IMG/VR virus record: IMGVR_UViG_3300023192_003818
Location: 1 to 28,377 of that record
Origin: a virus
Reading direction: 5' to 3' (one strand)
Length of the DNA stretch: 28,377 bases
Shown here: positions 17,079 to 28,000 of the stretch, in pieces
Position numbering within the stretch: position 1 is the first letter of the stretch
Layout: every line of letters starts with the position of its first letter
Translations under genes and position numbers: made by a program
Notes under the pieces: model-generated
The model's input: only the letters and a program-made list of their open reading frames with translations
What the model was told of the DNA's origin: nothing
Databases searched by the model: none

Positions 17079-17110
17079 TTAATGTACAATCAATATGTTA
17101 AGATTCCAAA
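17079..17110 (-). promoter_or_regulatory. Bacteroidota sigma70-like promoter (TTTG-N20-TACATTAA)
   Basis: TTTG at 17110-17107, 20-nt spacer, TACATTAA at 17086-17079, upstream of the primase/exonuclease genes. Confidence 0.45.
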
Positions 17111-17586
17111 AAATCTTTAGTAAAAAACTTTCCAAGAATATTTACGTTAAAATATTTTTCTGGTTTTTCTAATATTTCGTATTTGAATAAATATTTTGTT
17201 TCGAGATAAGTTAAATGTTTTTTATTATGAGCTAATTCTAATATTTCACGTTTAAAATTATTTTTACCCTCTTTTTTTATGAATTCTTTTAAAGGTTTAT
17301 TAGAACTCCAATAATTTAACCAATTAGATTCTTTTACTACTAATTTTTTAGAAGGAGCTCTTCCACGCATTTTTAAACGTTTTCGTTCTTCTTTTAATTT
17401 TATTAACTCTTTTTTACCTAATTTAATATTTTGCCGTGTTGCTAAATTTTTCCGACCTATATATTTTTTATTAGTAGATAATTGAGTAATTAAATATACA
17501 AAACCAAAACATTGTAAAGGATACATAATTTTATCTAAATCTTTTAAACTTTCTATAACTTTATTTTTATATAACCATTTTTCCAT
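17098..17586 (-). CDS. GIY-YIG family endonuclease
   Basis: GFVYLITQLSTNKKYIGRK, YWSS, FKREIL, LETKY, YFN motifs. Start set at ATG 17586 (MEKWLY). Confidence 0.8.
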   Translation of the reverse strand: MEKWLYKNKVIESLKDLDKIMYPLQCFGFVYLITQLSTNKKYIGRKNLATRQNIKLGKKELIKLKEERKRLKMRGRAPSKKLVVKESNWLNYWSSNKPLKEFIKKEGKNNFKREILELAHNKKHLTYLETKYLFKYEILEKPEKYFNVNILGKFFTKDFLES

Positions 17587-17597
17587 TGTTTTTATTT

Positions 17598-17903
17598 TTA
17601 TGATATACAACCACTAAAAGAACCTAAAAGACCATTAGAATCTATTTGATAAACTACGAGAGCACTTATTTTATACCATTTATTTCCACCATTAAATTTA
17701 TTTGAAGGGGTTCCAGGATCTCCTGTGTATAATGTATCACCCCCTTCAGGAAGAATATAATCTCCATCATGATACCTAGTCCAATTTAATACTCCTGAAC
17801 TACAGGCATTAGGACCAGTAGTATCTCCATGTCGATCCATTGAAAAAGAGGTTACTGATAATGATTGAGTTTCTATAAATGATGCTGCTATTATTCCATT
17901 CAT
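17598..17903 (-). CDS. Small beta-rich virion/fibre-associated protein
   Basis: 101 aa directly downstream of the fibre gene; G/aromatic-rich, two Cys. Confidence 0.6.
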   Translation of the reverse strand: MNGIIAASFIETQSLSVTSFSMDRHGDTTGPNACSSGVLNWTRYHDGDYILPEGGDTLYTGDPGTPSNKFNGGNKWYKISALVVYQIDSNGLLGSFSGCIS

Positions 17904-17905
17904 AA

Positions 17906-18973
17906 TTATGATGGTGTTAATTCTCCAAATACTCTATATTCTGTGGCTGTCATTTTTTGTATTGCTACTCTACTATATTGTCCATCCATTACAAGAGTTG
18001 CACTACTATTAACTTTTAAAGTAGCATTCCCTTCATAAATAGTTATAGTACCTGAACCATAATTCTCTATTTCTGAGGTATCACCTATATTAGATAATGA
18101 ACTACTATTTACTGTTACGTTAAAAGTTCCACCACTTATTTTTCTAATAGTTGTAGAATCTGTAGGAGTAACTGTAAAAGCAGTAGAGGCACTAACTATA
18201 CTTCTTCTTAAGTCATTATTAAATATACCTAATGGAATTGAACTAATCACTTGTCTACTTTCAACATTTGAATTATTTGCAATTAACCAATCAGTCCCTA
18301 CCAATGCATCACCTAATGGTAATCCTGAGAATTCTAAACTAATTGTTTGTACGTGATCTCCACTTGTAGTATTTAAAGTACCATCAAGTCCTGTACTAGT
18401 AGTAATATTAACTTGAGTTATATCACCAGTATTTGATGTCCAACTTAAATTGTTATTGAAGAAACCTAATTGAATTTCACTTGCAGCTTTCCTACTTTCG
18501 GTTGAACCGTTTTGAATAATAAATTCAGTTGTACCAGCAATATCGCCAGTCATATCTGTAAGGGTTGAAAATTCAAGATCTATAGTTTGAGTATGGTCAC
18601 CTGAAGTTGTGTCTTGATCACCTGTTAGGCCTATTCCTGCCGTAATGTTGACTCTTGTGATGTTGCCAACCGGTAAACCCGTTAAACCTGAGCCGTCTCC
18701 TTCAAAACTTCCTGAAAATGAGCCACTTCTAATAATATTATAATTATTGTAAAATATTTGACCTGTTGAAGTATCAAAAGCAAGGAAATTTTCCTGAGTA
18801 ACTGTAAGAAGTTTATTAGGATCCAAATATAAAGAACCTGTTAAAGTTAAAGAACCTGATAAGATTATATCATATTCTTCAGTTCCCGAAAAAGCATCTA
18901 TTGATTGTGTTACATCCCAAGAATTAATTGTTTGACCTTGGGTTATGTTGGTTTTATCTAAATTTCTAGCCAT
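17906..18973 (-). CDS. Tail-fibre-like structural protein with two internal ~75-aa repeats
   Basis: SGSFEGDGSGLTGL fibre motif; G(N/D)IT.VNIT...TTSGDH.QTI.LEFS...FNN.L at aa 103-176 and 183-255. Confidence 0.65.
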   Translation of the reverse strand: MARNLDKTNITQGQTINSWDVTQSIDAFSGTEEYDIILSGSLTLTGSLYLDPNKLLTVTQENFLAFDTSTGQIFYNNYNIIRSGSFSGSFEGDGSGLTGLPVGNITRVNITAGIGLTGDQDTTSGDHTQTIDLEFSTLTDMTGDIAGTTEFIIQNGSTESRKAASEIQLGFFNNNLSWTSNTGDITQVNITTSTGLDGTLNTTSGDHVQTISLEFSGLPLGDALVGTDWLIANNSNVESRQVISSIPLGIFNNDLRRSIVSASTAFTVTPTDSTTIRKISGGTFNVTVNSSSLSNIGDTSEIENYGSGTITIYEGNATLKVNSSATLVMDGQYSRVAIQKMTATEYRVFGELTPS

Positions 18974-18989
18974 TTGTTTTTTTATATAT

Positions 18990-18997
18990 TATAAATA
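18990..18997 (-). promoter_or_regulatory. TATTTATA putative late-type promoter
   Basis: TATATTTATAAT, 16 nt before ATG 18973. Confidence 0.45.
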
Positions 18998-19002
18998 TAA
19001 TA

Positions 19003-19971
19003 TTATCTATCGATATTTATTAAAATGTTAGTATCTACAAAATTATTTTTAGGTAAGGGTTTGGCTAATTTACCTAAAGCTAATAATTCAAATTTTTCAT
19101 TATATAAACCTATTGTTGTAATATAAGGTTCAAAATAAGAACTTGTAACATAATCGTATACATCTCCTTCACTTCCCTTTAAAATTGTTGGGTTTAAACT
19201 ATAATTAAATTCATCGGAATTTATTTCACATTTATATTGAGTTTCATAAAATTTATAAGAACTTGAAAATGAACAAGTTATATTACTTTCATCTATATAA
19301 GTAGAAATAAAATTACTATATATAACACCTTCTCCTCCATAACTTCCTGTTCCATACTCTGATTCTCCATAAGATTCAAGAATTTCTTCAACAATAATCT
19401 CATCTTTACATATTATTATTAAACCATGTTGATATATTATATTACCTATAAAATTATCCTTATATTTTAATCTTCCTTCCCCATCATCTGTTATACTTCC
19501 ACTTATAGGACTTATAAGTTCAAATGAATTAGGTTGTATAAAATCCCCAAATAATTTAGAAGGAATAGAAATTACTCCTATTATATCACCACTTGAGGTT
19601 GGGAAATTTTTTTGAGGGTTTAAATCTGTTTGTTCATAATTATAAAATGAAGTTTGATATGTACTTCCCTCTATAGTTCCATCATTATTATAACTTGCCG
19701 TACTTGCTTCAGAAATTTCACCCTCACTTCCTGATAAATAATTATTATAATAAAGTTGCTTTATCGAATCATATATTAATACTTCAGATTGGGGGTTAAA
19801 ATCTCCTGTTAATGTTTTATTATCCAGGTAAGAATCTACTAATCCAGTATATCTATTTATTTGAACATCAGACGCAGAAAATTCAGTTTCTCCTTTGAAA
19901 GTAAAGCTTTTATTTACTTCAAAAGGAGATATTATTATATCTTGAGAATTGAATTGTTTGTAAGCCCCCAT
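19003..19971 (-). CDS. Virion structural protein (baseplate/tail-collar-like), paralog of 20249..21283
   Basis: EFNYSLNPT...PYITTIGLYNEKFELLALGKLAKPL C-terminal module shared with its neighbour. Confidence 0.7.
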   Translation of the reverse strand: MGAYKQFNSQDIIISPFEVNKSFTFKGETEFSASDVQINRYTGLVDSYLDNKTLTGDFNPQSEVLIYDSIKQLYYNNYLSGSEGEISEASTASYNNDGTIEGSTYQTSFYNYEQTDLNPQKNFPTSSGDIIGVISIPSKLFGDFIQPNSFELISPISGSITDDGEGRLKYKDNFIGNIIYQHGLIIICKDEIIVEEILESYGESEYGTGSYGGEGVIYSNFISTYIDESNITCSFSSSYKFYETQYKCEINSDEFNYSLNPTILKGSEGDVYDYVTSSYFEPYITTIGLYNEKFELLALGKLAKPLPKNNFVDTNILINIDR

Positions 19972-19972
19972 T

Positions 19973-20230
19973 TTACATTAAAGGTTTGATTTTATCTATT
20001 ATAATTTCAGGTTTATTATAAATATCACTTTCCCAAAATCTTAACAAATTATATCCTTTATTTTTAGCAAACTTATTTTTAAATTTATCATTTTTCTTAA
20101 CTTCTTCTAATTTATAAAAATATTTATCTAAACTAGGACCTCCATGCCAATAATCACCATCAATTTCTAATAATAAATTTGTGTTTTTAATTCTAAAATC
20201 ATATGATTTACAAACTTTATTATTAGAAAT
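19973..20230 (-). pseudogene. 5'-truncated Vsr/DUF559-like endonuclease
   Basis: 85-codon open frame with no usable ATG start: ...SYDFRIKNTNLLLEIDGDYWHG...NDKFKNKFAKNKGYNLLRFWESDI. Preceded in frame by TAA TGA. Confidence 0.75.
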
Positions 20231-20248
20231 TCATTAGTAAAAATTAAA

Positions 20249-21283
20249 TCAAAAATCTAACTTTATTCTTATAAGTATTTCTTTTGTAAAATCTTTATTT
20301 AAAGGTCTTGACATTTTTGCTACAGCTACTAATTCATTAGCATCATTATACAAACCAATTGTTGTTGGGTAAACTTGAGGATTATCTATAAAATAAGTGA
20401 ATATAACTTCTCCGGTAGTACCTGAAATAAAACTAGGATTTTCAGAATAATTAAATTCAGAATTCCGTGCTCTAACGAATATATAATCTGAAGTAATAGT
20501 TTCTTCAGCATTTAATTTAAATACATCATCTCCAGATGAACCCGATAAATGAATATATAATTTTTCAGGATTTTTAGCAGATCCTGATGTTCTATCAGTA
20601 TTCAGATTAATTCCCCCACCATCTAAAGTATTATCATCAAGTGCAGCCCCATTTAGTAAAATTGTTGAAATATCGGGAAGAAATAAACCATACGAACCTG
20701 AATTAGGAGTATGACCTGTTCCTTCGTCATATGAAGTTCCATCTGAACCACTTATGATTTGATATGCTCTTTGTGTTCCATAATATATAGGCAATGATAC
20801 CATTCCTGAATCATCTGTTAAGTGGATTTTTTCATAATTTATATTACTACTACTTAAAATTAAATTAAAAGAACCAGGTAAAAGTTTTTCTTTATATCTT
20901 GCTCTTTCAATATTTATAGCATAAAAATAACTTCCTGTAAAACTTGTACCAAACATAAATTGAGAATTTTCATCTTCTAATATTAAAGTTCTATACTGAC
21001 CATAAATTGTTTTGGTAGGAGAAACTCCGGGTACTGAAGAATCAAAATCTGTACCTCCACCTCCTGTATCATCTCCATATGCAATTGAAAATTGTACTTG
21101 TGCAGTACTATCTTCTGATGCGGTTTGGTATGTATTTAAATAATATGGTCCTGAACTTCCTTCTTTCTGTGTTGAAGAAGTATAATAAGTATTTAATGAT
21201 AATGAATTGTTTGACCAAACTGTAGAAGTTACTGTATTTGAACTTACTAAAAAATCTTCGGCATCTAATTTTTTGAAACCCAT
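20249..21283 (-). CDS. Virion structural protein (baseplate/tail-collar-like)
   Basis: EFNYSENPS...VYPTTIGLYNDANELVAVAKMSRPL module; S/T/G-rich. Confidence 0.7.
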   Translation of the reverse strand: MGFKKLDAEDFLVSSNTVTSTVWSNNSLSLNTYYTSSTQKEGSSGPYYLNTYQTASEDSTAQVQFSIAYGDDTGGGGTDFDSSVPGVSPTKTIYGQYRTLILEDENSQFMFGTSFTGSYFYAINIERARYKEKLLPGSFNLILSSSNINYEKIHLTDDSGMVSLPIYYGTQRAYQIISGSDGTSYDEGTGHTPNSGSYGLFLPDISTILLNGAALDDNTLDGGGINLNTDRTSGSAKNPEKLYIHLSGSSGDDVFKLNAEETITSDYIFVRARNSEFNYSENPSFISGTTGEVIFTYFIDNPQVYPTTIGLYNDANELVAVAKMSRPLNKDFTKEILIRIKLDF

Positions 21284-21287
21284 AATA

Positions 21288-21956
21288 TTATGTTAATTGG
21301 TTTTTAGTTATTGTTATAGGAATAGCTACACGTGCCCCACTATCCAAACCTACAACGGTAAGAGTAGTTCTTATCTGAGTATTATCACCAAATAAAGTGT
21401 TGATAGTTGTTGCTGTTAAATTAAATTGTGTTCCTATTACTGTTTTAGAAACATTTGTTCCTATTGTTGTAGTTGAATTAATATTTTGATTTATTGATGA
21501 TTTATTATTAATCCCTACCCCATTAAATTGACTTAATAATCTTATATCTCCAATTGTAACACTATAACCATTTGATTCAAATGTTTGAGTATTACCTAAA
21601 TAATTTAGAGTTTGAGGGGTAATTGCTAATTTAGCTCCTTGTTTAAGAGTAATAGCAGCAAAACCTAAATCTAATACAGGTAATTTAGCTGTTCCTCTTG
21701 GTAAAGTTACTAATTTAAATTTCATTATTTGTTGTTCATCTGGGAAGGCTTCTAGTAAAGGCATATTATCTATTGCTTCCCCATAATAAGCAGAACCTGA
21801 TGGATGAATTGGGTTATACAAAGTATAATCTATTTCATCATCTGCTAATGCAAATTGTGTAATTCTAAAAGAACCATCACCTTTGGCTATTAGTTCTCTT
21901 CCTTTTTTTGTTAATATTGCGTCTACAGTAATAACACTATTGTTAAGATAACCCAC
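21288..21956 (-). CDS. Virion structural protein (tail-collar/baseplate-like)
   Basis: GTG start; DAILTKKGRELIAKGDGSFRITQFALADD resembles the N-terminus of tail-collar fibre (DUF3751-like) domains. Confidence 0.7.
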   Translation of the reverse strand: MGYLNNSVITVDAILTKKGRELIAKGDGSFRITQFALADDEIDYTLYNPIHPSGSAYYGEAIDNMPLLEAFPDEQQIMKFKLVTLPRGTAKLPVLDLGFAAITLKQGAKLAITPQTLNYLGNTQTFESNGYSVTIGDIRLLSQFNGVGINNKSSINQNINSTTTIGTNVSKTVIGTQFNLTATTINTLFGDNTQIRTTLTVVGLDSGARVAIPITITKNQLT

Positions 21957-21971
21957 TGAATTTTTTGTTTT

Positions 21972-22082
21972 TTAATTAATGTATGAAAAGGTATGTCCTT
22001 TTCTTATTTTTTTATTATTTCCTATTAATATTGATATAATTGTTCTTTTCTTTATATATTTTTTTAAATTAAAATTATTCAT
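21972..22082 (-). CDS. 36-aa chimeric mini-ORF (N-terminal tag + NUMOD1-like tail), possibly a remnant
   Basis: MNNFNLKKYIKKRTIISILIGNNKKIRKGHTFSYIN*, with TATTTATA motif just upstream. Confidence 0.5.
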   Translation of the reverse strand: MNNFNLKKYIKKRTIISILIGNNKKIRKGHTFSYIN

Positions 22083-22087
22083 TTTAT

Positions 22088-22095
22088 TATAAATA
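22088..22095 (-). promoter_or_regulatory. TATTTATA putative late-type promoter
   Basis: CATATTTATAAT, 5 nt before ATG 22082. Confidence 0.5.
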
Positions 22096-22097
22096 TG

Positions 22098-25000
22098 TTA
22101 TTTTATTACTCCTTTACCTATTAAATTGGTAATTATTTCGGAAGCATTTTCTTGTAATGAAATTACAGGGAATTCTGGAAATAAAAGTCCTGATGTTGAT
22201 GATTCTTTTGGGGGATTTGAATAAGGATAAGTTAATCCTAATAATATACTATTGGCATTATCAATATATCTTCTTACTAAAAAGAAATCTTTATTTATAG
22301 ATGTTGGTACTTCCTTGTCTAACTCTATTTTTAATCTACCTTTTCCATCACTTTCAATATTTTGTTGTGGTGGAGTTATTTTTTTAATTTTATAAGTATA
22401 ATTTTCATTATTACCAAATCTTATTTCATCTCCTTCTTCAAAATTTATTGGGTAAATAATAGTATCAAATCTTGTACCTTCAGGTTCTTCTCCTCCAGGA
22501 TGGTATTCTGAAGGTCCTACTTCATAATTTAATTCTCCTTGATAATGAGAACCTCCGTATGCTTCATTTATATTAGATGAAGACATTATTAATATTCTTT
22601 GATCTAAAATATCATTTCCACCTCCTGCTGAACCTGTAAATACCCAAAATGGGGCTGAACCTGTATTATCTCCTGATAATAAATGGGATTTAGAACCAAA
22701 GTTTGTAATTTTGGTTGGAAGTTTTTTTCCCTCATATCCTTCAGGGTAAAATACACTTTGAATTTTTCCTTTACTTTTATTTATTTCCCCATTTATTTCC
22801 CATTTAATAATATCATTTCTATTAAATATGTAATTTCCTGAATTAGCTTTTATACCCCATTCTAAAGCTACGATATCTCCTTTATCTTCTATACCTCCAT
22901 CTCCAGATTTATATAATCCTTTTTGTTTTAAGAAAGTTTTAATAGCACGATTTAATAATACTATTTCTATTTGAGAACTTGAATTTAAACCTATTGCATG
23001 AGTTGAATTTTTACTTAACCTTTTATTAAAATGGGTAAATTTATTAACAGAATTGATCTTAATAAATCTTACAATATCATTATTTTTTCCTATAACAGAA
23101 CCTACATTAAAACTTTTCCCTCCTTTTTTATGAACTATTAAAAATATATCTTCTAATTCAAAAGGAATATTATTGCTTCCACTTAATAAACTTAATTTTA
23201 CATTTAATTCTGCTCCATTACTATTATATAACCAGTTTGTAGTAAAAGAAGTTTCTAAAAATATATGTTGAGTATCTCCTAAATTATCACCAATTCCAGG
23301 GTCTCCACCAGGGAAAGTAATAATACCTAATGAATAAGGATTAGTAGCATAACTTTTAACTTCTATTTCTTCAGTAGGGTCTAAAACTTTATATATTGTC
23401 TTTGAAGGGAGACCATCTAATGAAGAAGAACCTAGAGCTGAAAAACTATAATCATCAAAAGCATTCTCATCATCATTATCATATAGACTTATACGACCTG
23501 ACCCAGTTAAAGGGATATCCCTTGAATAACCAATACTTGAAGTTTGAGTATATAATATAGGGGTTATTAATTTTCCTACTAAATGTGTTGGGTATAAACT
23601 ATTTAATTCTTTTAATTCTTTACTTCCTGAATTAATAGAAATACTTGCTAACCCTCCTTCTGGGAAAGATTGGATTAAAGTTGTTAATCCTGTTCCTTGT
23701 AAACTAGGTGGAATTGCATTTCCTTCTTCATCTATTAAATAAGTTAAATTTATATTAACAGTATCATTAAGGTTAGGATAGACATCTCTAATTGAATCAA
23801 AATATCCAAAGAAAGCTGTTCTTAATTCTATAGTAGGTAATTTACCATAAGTTCCTGTATCTTTGGGAGTCCAAACATTTAATCTTTCACTTGTTGATTT
23901 TGAACCAATATATCTAGAAGTAATAATACTTAAAGAAGAATAATTTGAATCAGGTACTTTTGCGGGGGTTGCAGTTCCTTCAAATATAGATGCTGAATTA
24001 ATAGGATTATAGATATCTGTTGTATAATCTACTTCCATTAACCAAGTATTATCTCTTGAATTTACATAATTATTTAATAATGGTTGGCAATCTAAAGCTA
24101 AATTAAAAGGTAAAACTCCTGACCCAAAGAAGGTTGGGAGTATAACTGCTGAACTTGTTGGTTCATTAAAATTTCCATATTCATAAGGTTCATCAAGTGG
24201 GGATAAAACTGAATCATTAGGATGAATACTCATAGTATATTCACTAATAGTTAAACCCCCATTAAGACTTTTATTAACATGGATTGCCATTCTAAAGGCA
24301 TCATCATAATCAAAATTTCCTTGGAAAGAACCAGATATTGTAACTCTATCTTTTGAACTACTATCAGGAACAATAAAATCCTCTGATAGTATAATATCAC
24401 CCTCCTCTATATTAGAATCATTTTTATTTCCTTGATATACTCTTAAAGAACCTGTAAGCCTAAAAGTTTCTTCAGTACCTACCTTAATAGATTGAGTTAT
24501 ATATAATTTAGGATAATCATTATCTTTTTGGAAACCAACCTTAATACTTGAAGTTATATTAGTAAATTCATATTGTACATAATACATACTTTCAGTAAGA
24601 TTAGAGTGAGGAGTTGTTCCTGATATAGGACTATCAGTAAAATTGTAATAACCTGAACTACTTATGATTTGGGAGGATAAGGTATCTGATGAAGTAATTT
24701 CGTAATCTCCAGCAGATGAAGTATTTTTTAATATTACTCTAATGTCAGCCGTTCCTTCATTATTTCCACTTGTTAAATTAAGATTCATCAATGCTGGTTG
24801 CAATAGAGTTCCTTGAGATTGGATAAAAGAATCCCCACTATTGTTTCCACTCTCATCATTATACTCATAAGCACATTGCCAATTATCTATTATATATTCA
24901 AAATCAGTATCAGTTTGAACTTCCATTCTAAAGTAGAAAGGACGAGAATCATTTCCTAATCTTGAAACAAACCATGCTTTGTTAAGAATATAATAAAAAG

Positions 25001-28000
25001 CCGCTTGACCTGCAACTATTGGGTTTGATTCTATTGGAGTCCAACCCCCTGAAAGAGATGAAGTTGTTCTAGAATAAGTTAATCCTAATCTCTTTCCACC
25101 CTCTCCATCTATATCTAAATAAAATTTGAGTTGCAAAGATGTTACCGAATTGGTTTCTAAGAAAGAATCTGCATCAAATTCCCATCTTCCATCTTCATGT
25201 TCTTTATTAAATACTCCGTTACCCCCAGGTTCTCCTCCACCACTTTCATATCCTTCAAAATCAAGATTTAATAAATTCCACCCACTTCCTGAAAAGGGGT
25301 AATAAAAAGATTTATCTGCTCCCATATCTGTAACAGTTCCTATATTTAAATCATCAAAATGAAAATCAAAACTTGCTGAACCTGAAGATAATATCATAGG
25401 ATGTCCTGAAGAAGTAGCCCCTGCATTATCATAAGACCAAATATTACCTTCTAAGTTTGAGTCCCATTCTGATACTGAAAAATAATTTTCTTCTAAATCT
25501 ACAATTTTTGTTCCGGGATTAAATGAAGAGGTTTGTCCCTCTGTAAAGTTAATTGTTTTTGCAGTACTACTTCCTGAATGGTATATCCCTAAAGTATTAA
25601 AGAAAGAACCTGTAGCCCCATTATCTGAAGCACTATAATAAATAGAAGCAGATATTATCCAAGGTATATTAGAAGTTCTTTGGGGATTGTATGTTCCTTT
25701 ATCAAAATTATCATTTGTAAATAAATTGCTTGAAGTAAAATTAACTGAGCCCGTATCCATAAAGTTTTGGTCATCATTAAGAGTACCATTCCAATATTGA
25801 AAATATTGTAATTGGATAGGTGTCGCTCTTTTTAATTCTCCTTGTGATTGATTATCTGTATCTTGTGATGATGAGAAATTACCATCTACATATAAACTCC
25901 AATTTTCTGAACCTTTATTTTCGGTTAAATCTTCAGTAGAATAATCTCCTTGAGATTGGTCTATTGTTAATAATATATTAGAAGAATTCACTTGGAACCC
26001 ATTTATAAAATACTTCTTACTACCCTCTGGGAATGTAAAGGTAATAAAATTTAAATCATATGTTATAAAATCTGAGATTTGATTACCATTAATATCAACA
26101 TTAGATAATTTAATATGAGTAACTTCATATTCATTTAGATCAGCATTAAACAGAGTTAAAAACCATGCATATCCATTTATTGGAGAGTTTTTAGGATTTG
26201 AAAAATCTGAAGAATTAACTGTTCCCCCAATATGAGAACCTATATCAACATTAAAAAATATTGGATTAAAATTTAAAGGAGTATCTATAACTTGTATGTA
26301 AGGATTACAATCAGGGTTTAAATCTTGTTGTGTTGCTATTATACAAGAACCACTAAATACCCCATCATAAAATTCAGCTTGGTCCCAAACTTCTACAGTT
26401 TCTTGACCTAATTTTCCTTTTTTAGTTTCAAACCAACTTTGAGTTATTTCAAACCTATTTGTTAAACCATAAGCAGAAGCAGAGGGTGACGTATATAATC
26501 CATTAAATATTTCAAATGTTCCCCCTGTTCCTCCTTTAAATCTATAAATAGAAGAACCACTATTATATTCATATTGCCCTGTATCTCCTGAACCTGTATT
26601 ATAATTTCGTGATTGGGGTTTAATAGTTCCTAAATATTGTTGATCTTCAGTTGAGATTTGTGCTGGCCTTTGTCTATTTCTTTCTAAAATATGTTGTTTA
26701 ACTACAACCCCTGATGATAAACTCATTCTTGCAGGAATAAAATCTTTAATCATATTAAATAAAGAATTATCAAAAAATTTCATTAATCTTATAAAATCTC
26801 TCACATCATAACTTTTAATATATTTATTAAAATATGAATCTCTTAATATATCTAAATCTGTATAACTTCTATCTGATGATGAAATTTGTCTTGGGTCACC
26901 TATATATTCTCCTATATTAAAATATCCTAATTGGGCATTAATATCATCATTTATTTCATCTTGTGGGGAGAAAACAACCTCTAAATAATTTATATCAGGA
27001 CCATAACTTCCACTATTTACAGAAGTTTGTTCTAAACTTATAAAAGGAGAAAGTTGATTATCCGAAGGTTGATTACTATTTTTTATTTGTATTTTATCTG
27101 TAACTCTATTTTTTATACCTGCTGGTACTTGATCTTGAAATATGTTTTCTACATTAGTAACCCATTTTTCACCAGAGATAAAAAATTCACTACCAACATC
27201 AAATGATGATGTTATTTGTGATGCTGATCCGGTTACTCTAGGATGTATTGATGTTCTACTACCTGTATCTAATTGAGTACCTAAAGCTGCTCTAAAATAT
27301 AATTGGTCGGGGGTACCATTAATACCATTTCCTTCTGTAGAGTATGGATTAACAGTATAATCATAAAAATTATTTTGAGATGGAGATTGTGTCCAATACC
27401 TTAGTTCTTGAAAAGAACCGGAAAAAGGTTGGTAAACCCCCAAACCTGAAGGGGTTACATCTACACCTTTATTTAAATAACCAATTGAAGCATCACCCCA
27501 AAAAGAACCATCAAACCCTGTATTAGATGAAGATTCATTAAAACCAACTTTCCCATCTATTTCATTTGCGACATATAAAGATGCAGTATTAGAATTTACA
27601 TTTATTTGTACTGCCCACCAATCTTCGTTAAAGAAGGGTAAATAAACACTAGCTGAAAGAGAAGGGTCATCATCTGCTGCAGGTATAAATTTAAGTCTTC
27701 CGTAAGTATCATAAGGACTAGCAACTGAGCCTGAATATGAGCCTGATACAAAACCATAACCTGTATATTCTAGTACTACATTACCACCATCATCCGTTGA
27801 GAATAAAGATTGAGAATATCTAATACTAGTGCTAGCTATGTTATTGGTAGGTGAAGGTATACTTGGAGATTTAAATCTAAATTGAACAGATGCAGGGGAA
27901 GAATCACCACTTGGAAATTTAGGATTTGAATCCCAAGATGATGAAATAAAATTATTTGCATCTTCACCAGTGTCAAATGCATAGTTAAATACATCTTGTT

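Noticed and set aside
19973-22082. Group I introns or inteins around the endonuclease fragments
   Set aside because: The flanking genes are complete with their own starts and stops, the gaps are too short for an intron core, and no intein terminal motifs were seen.
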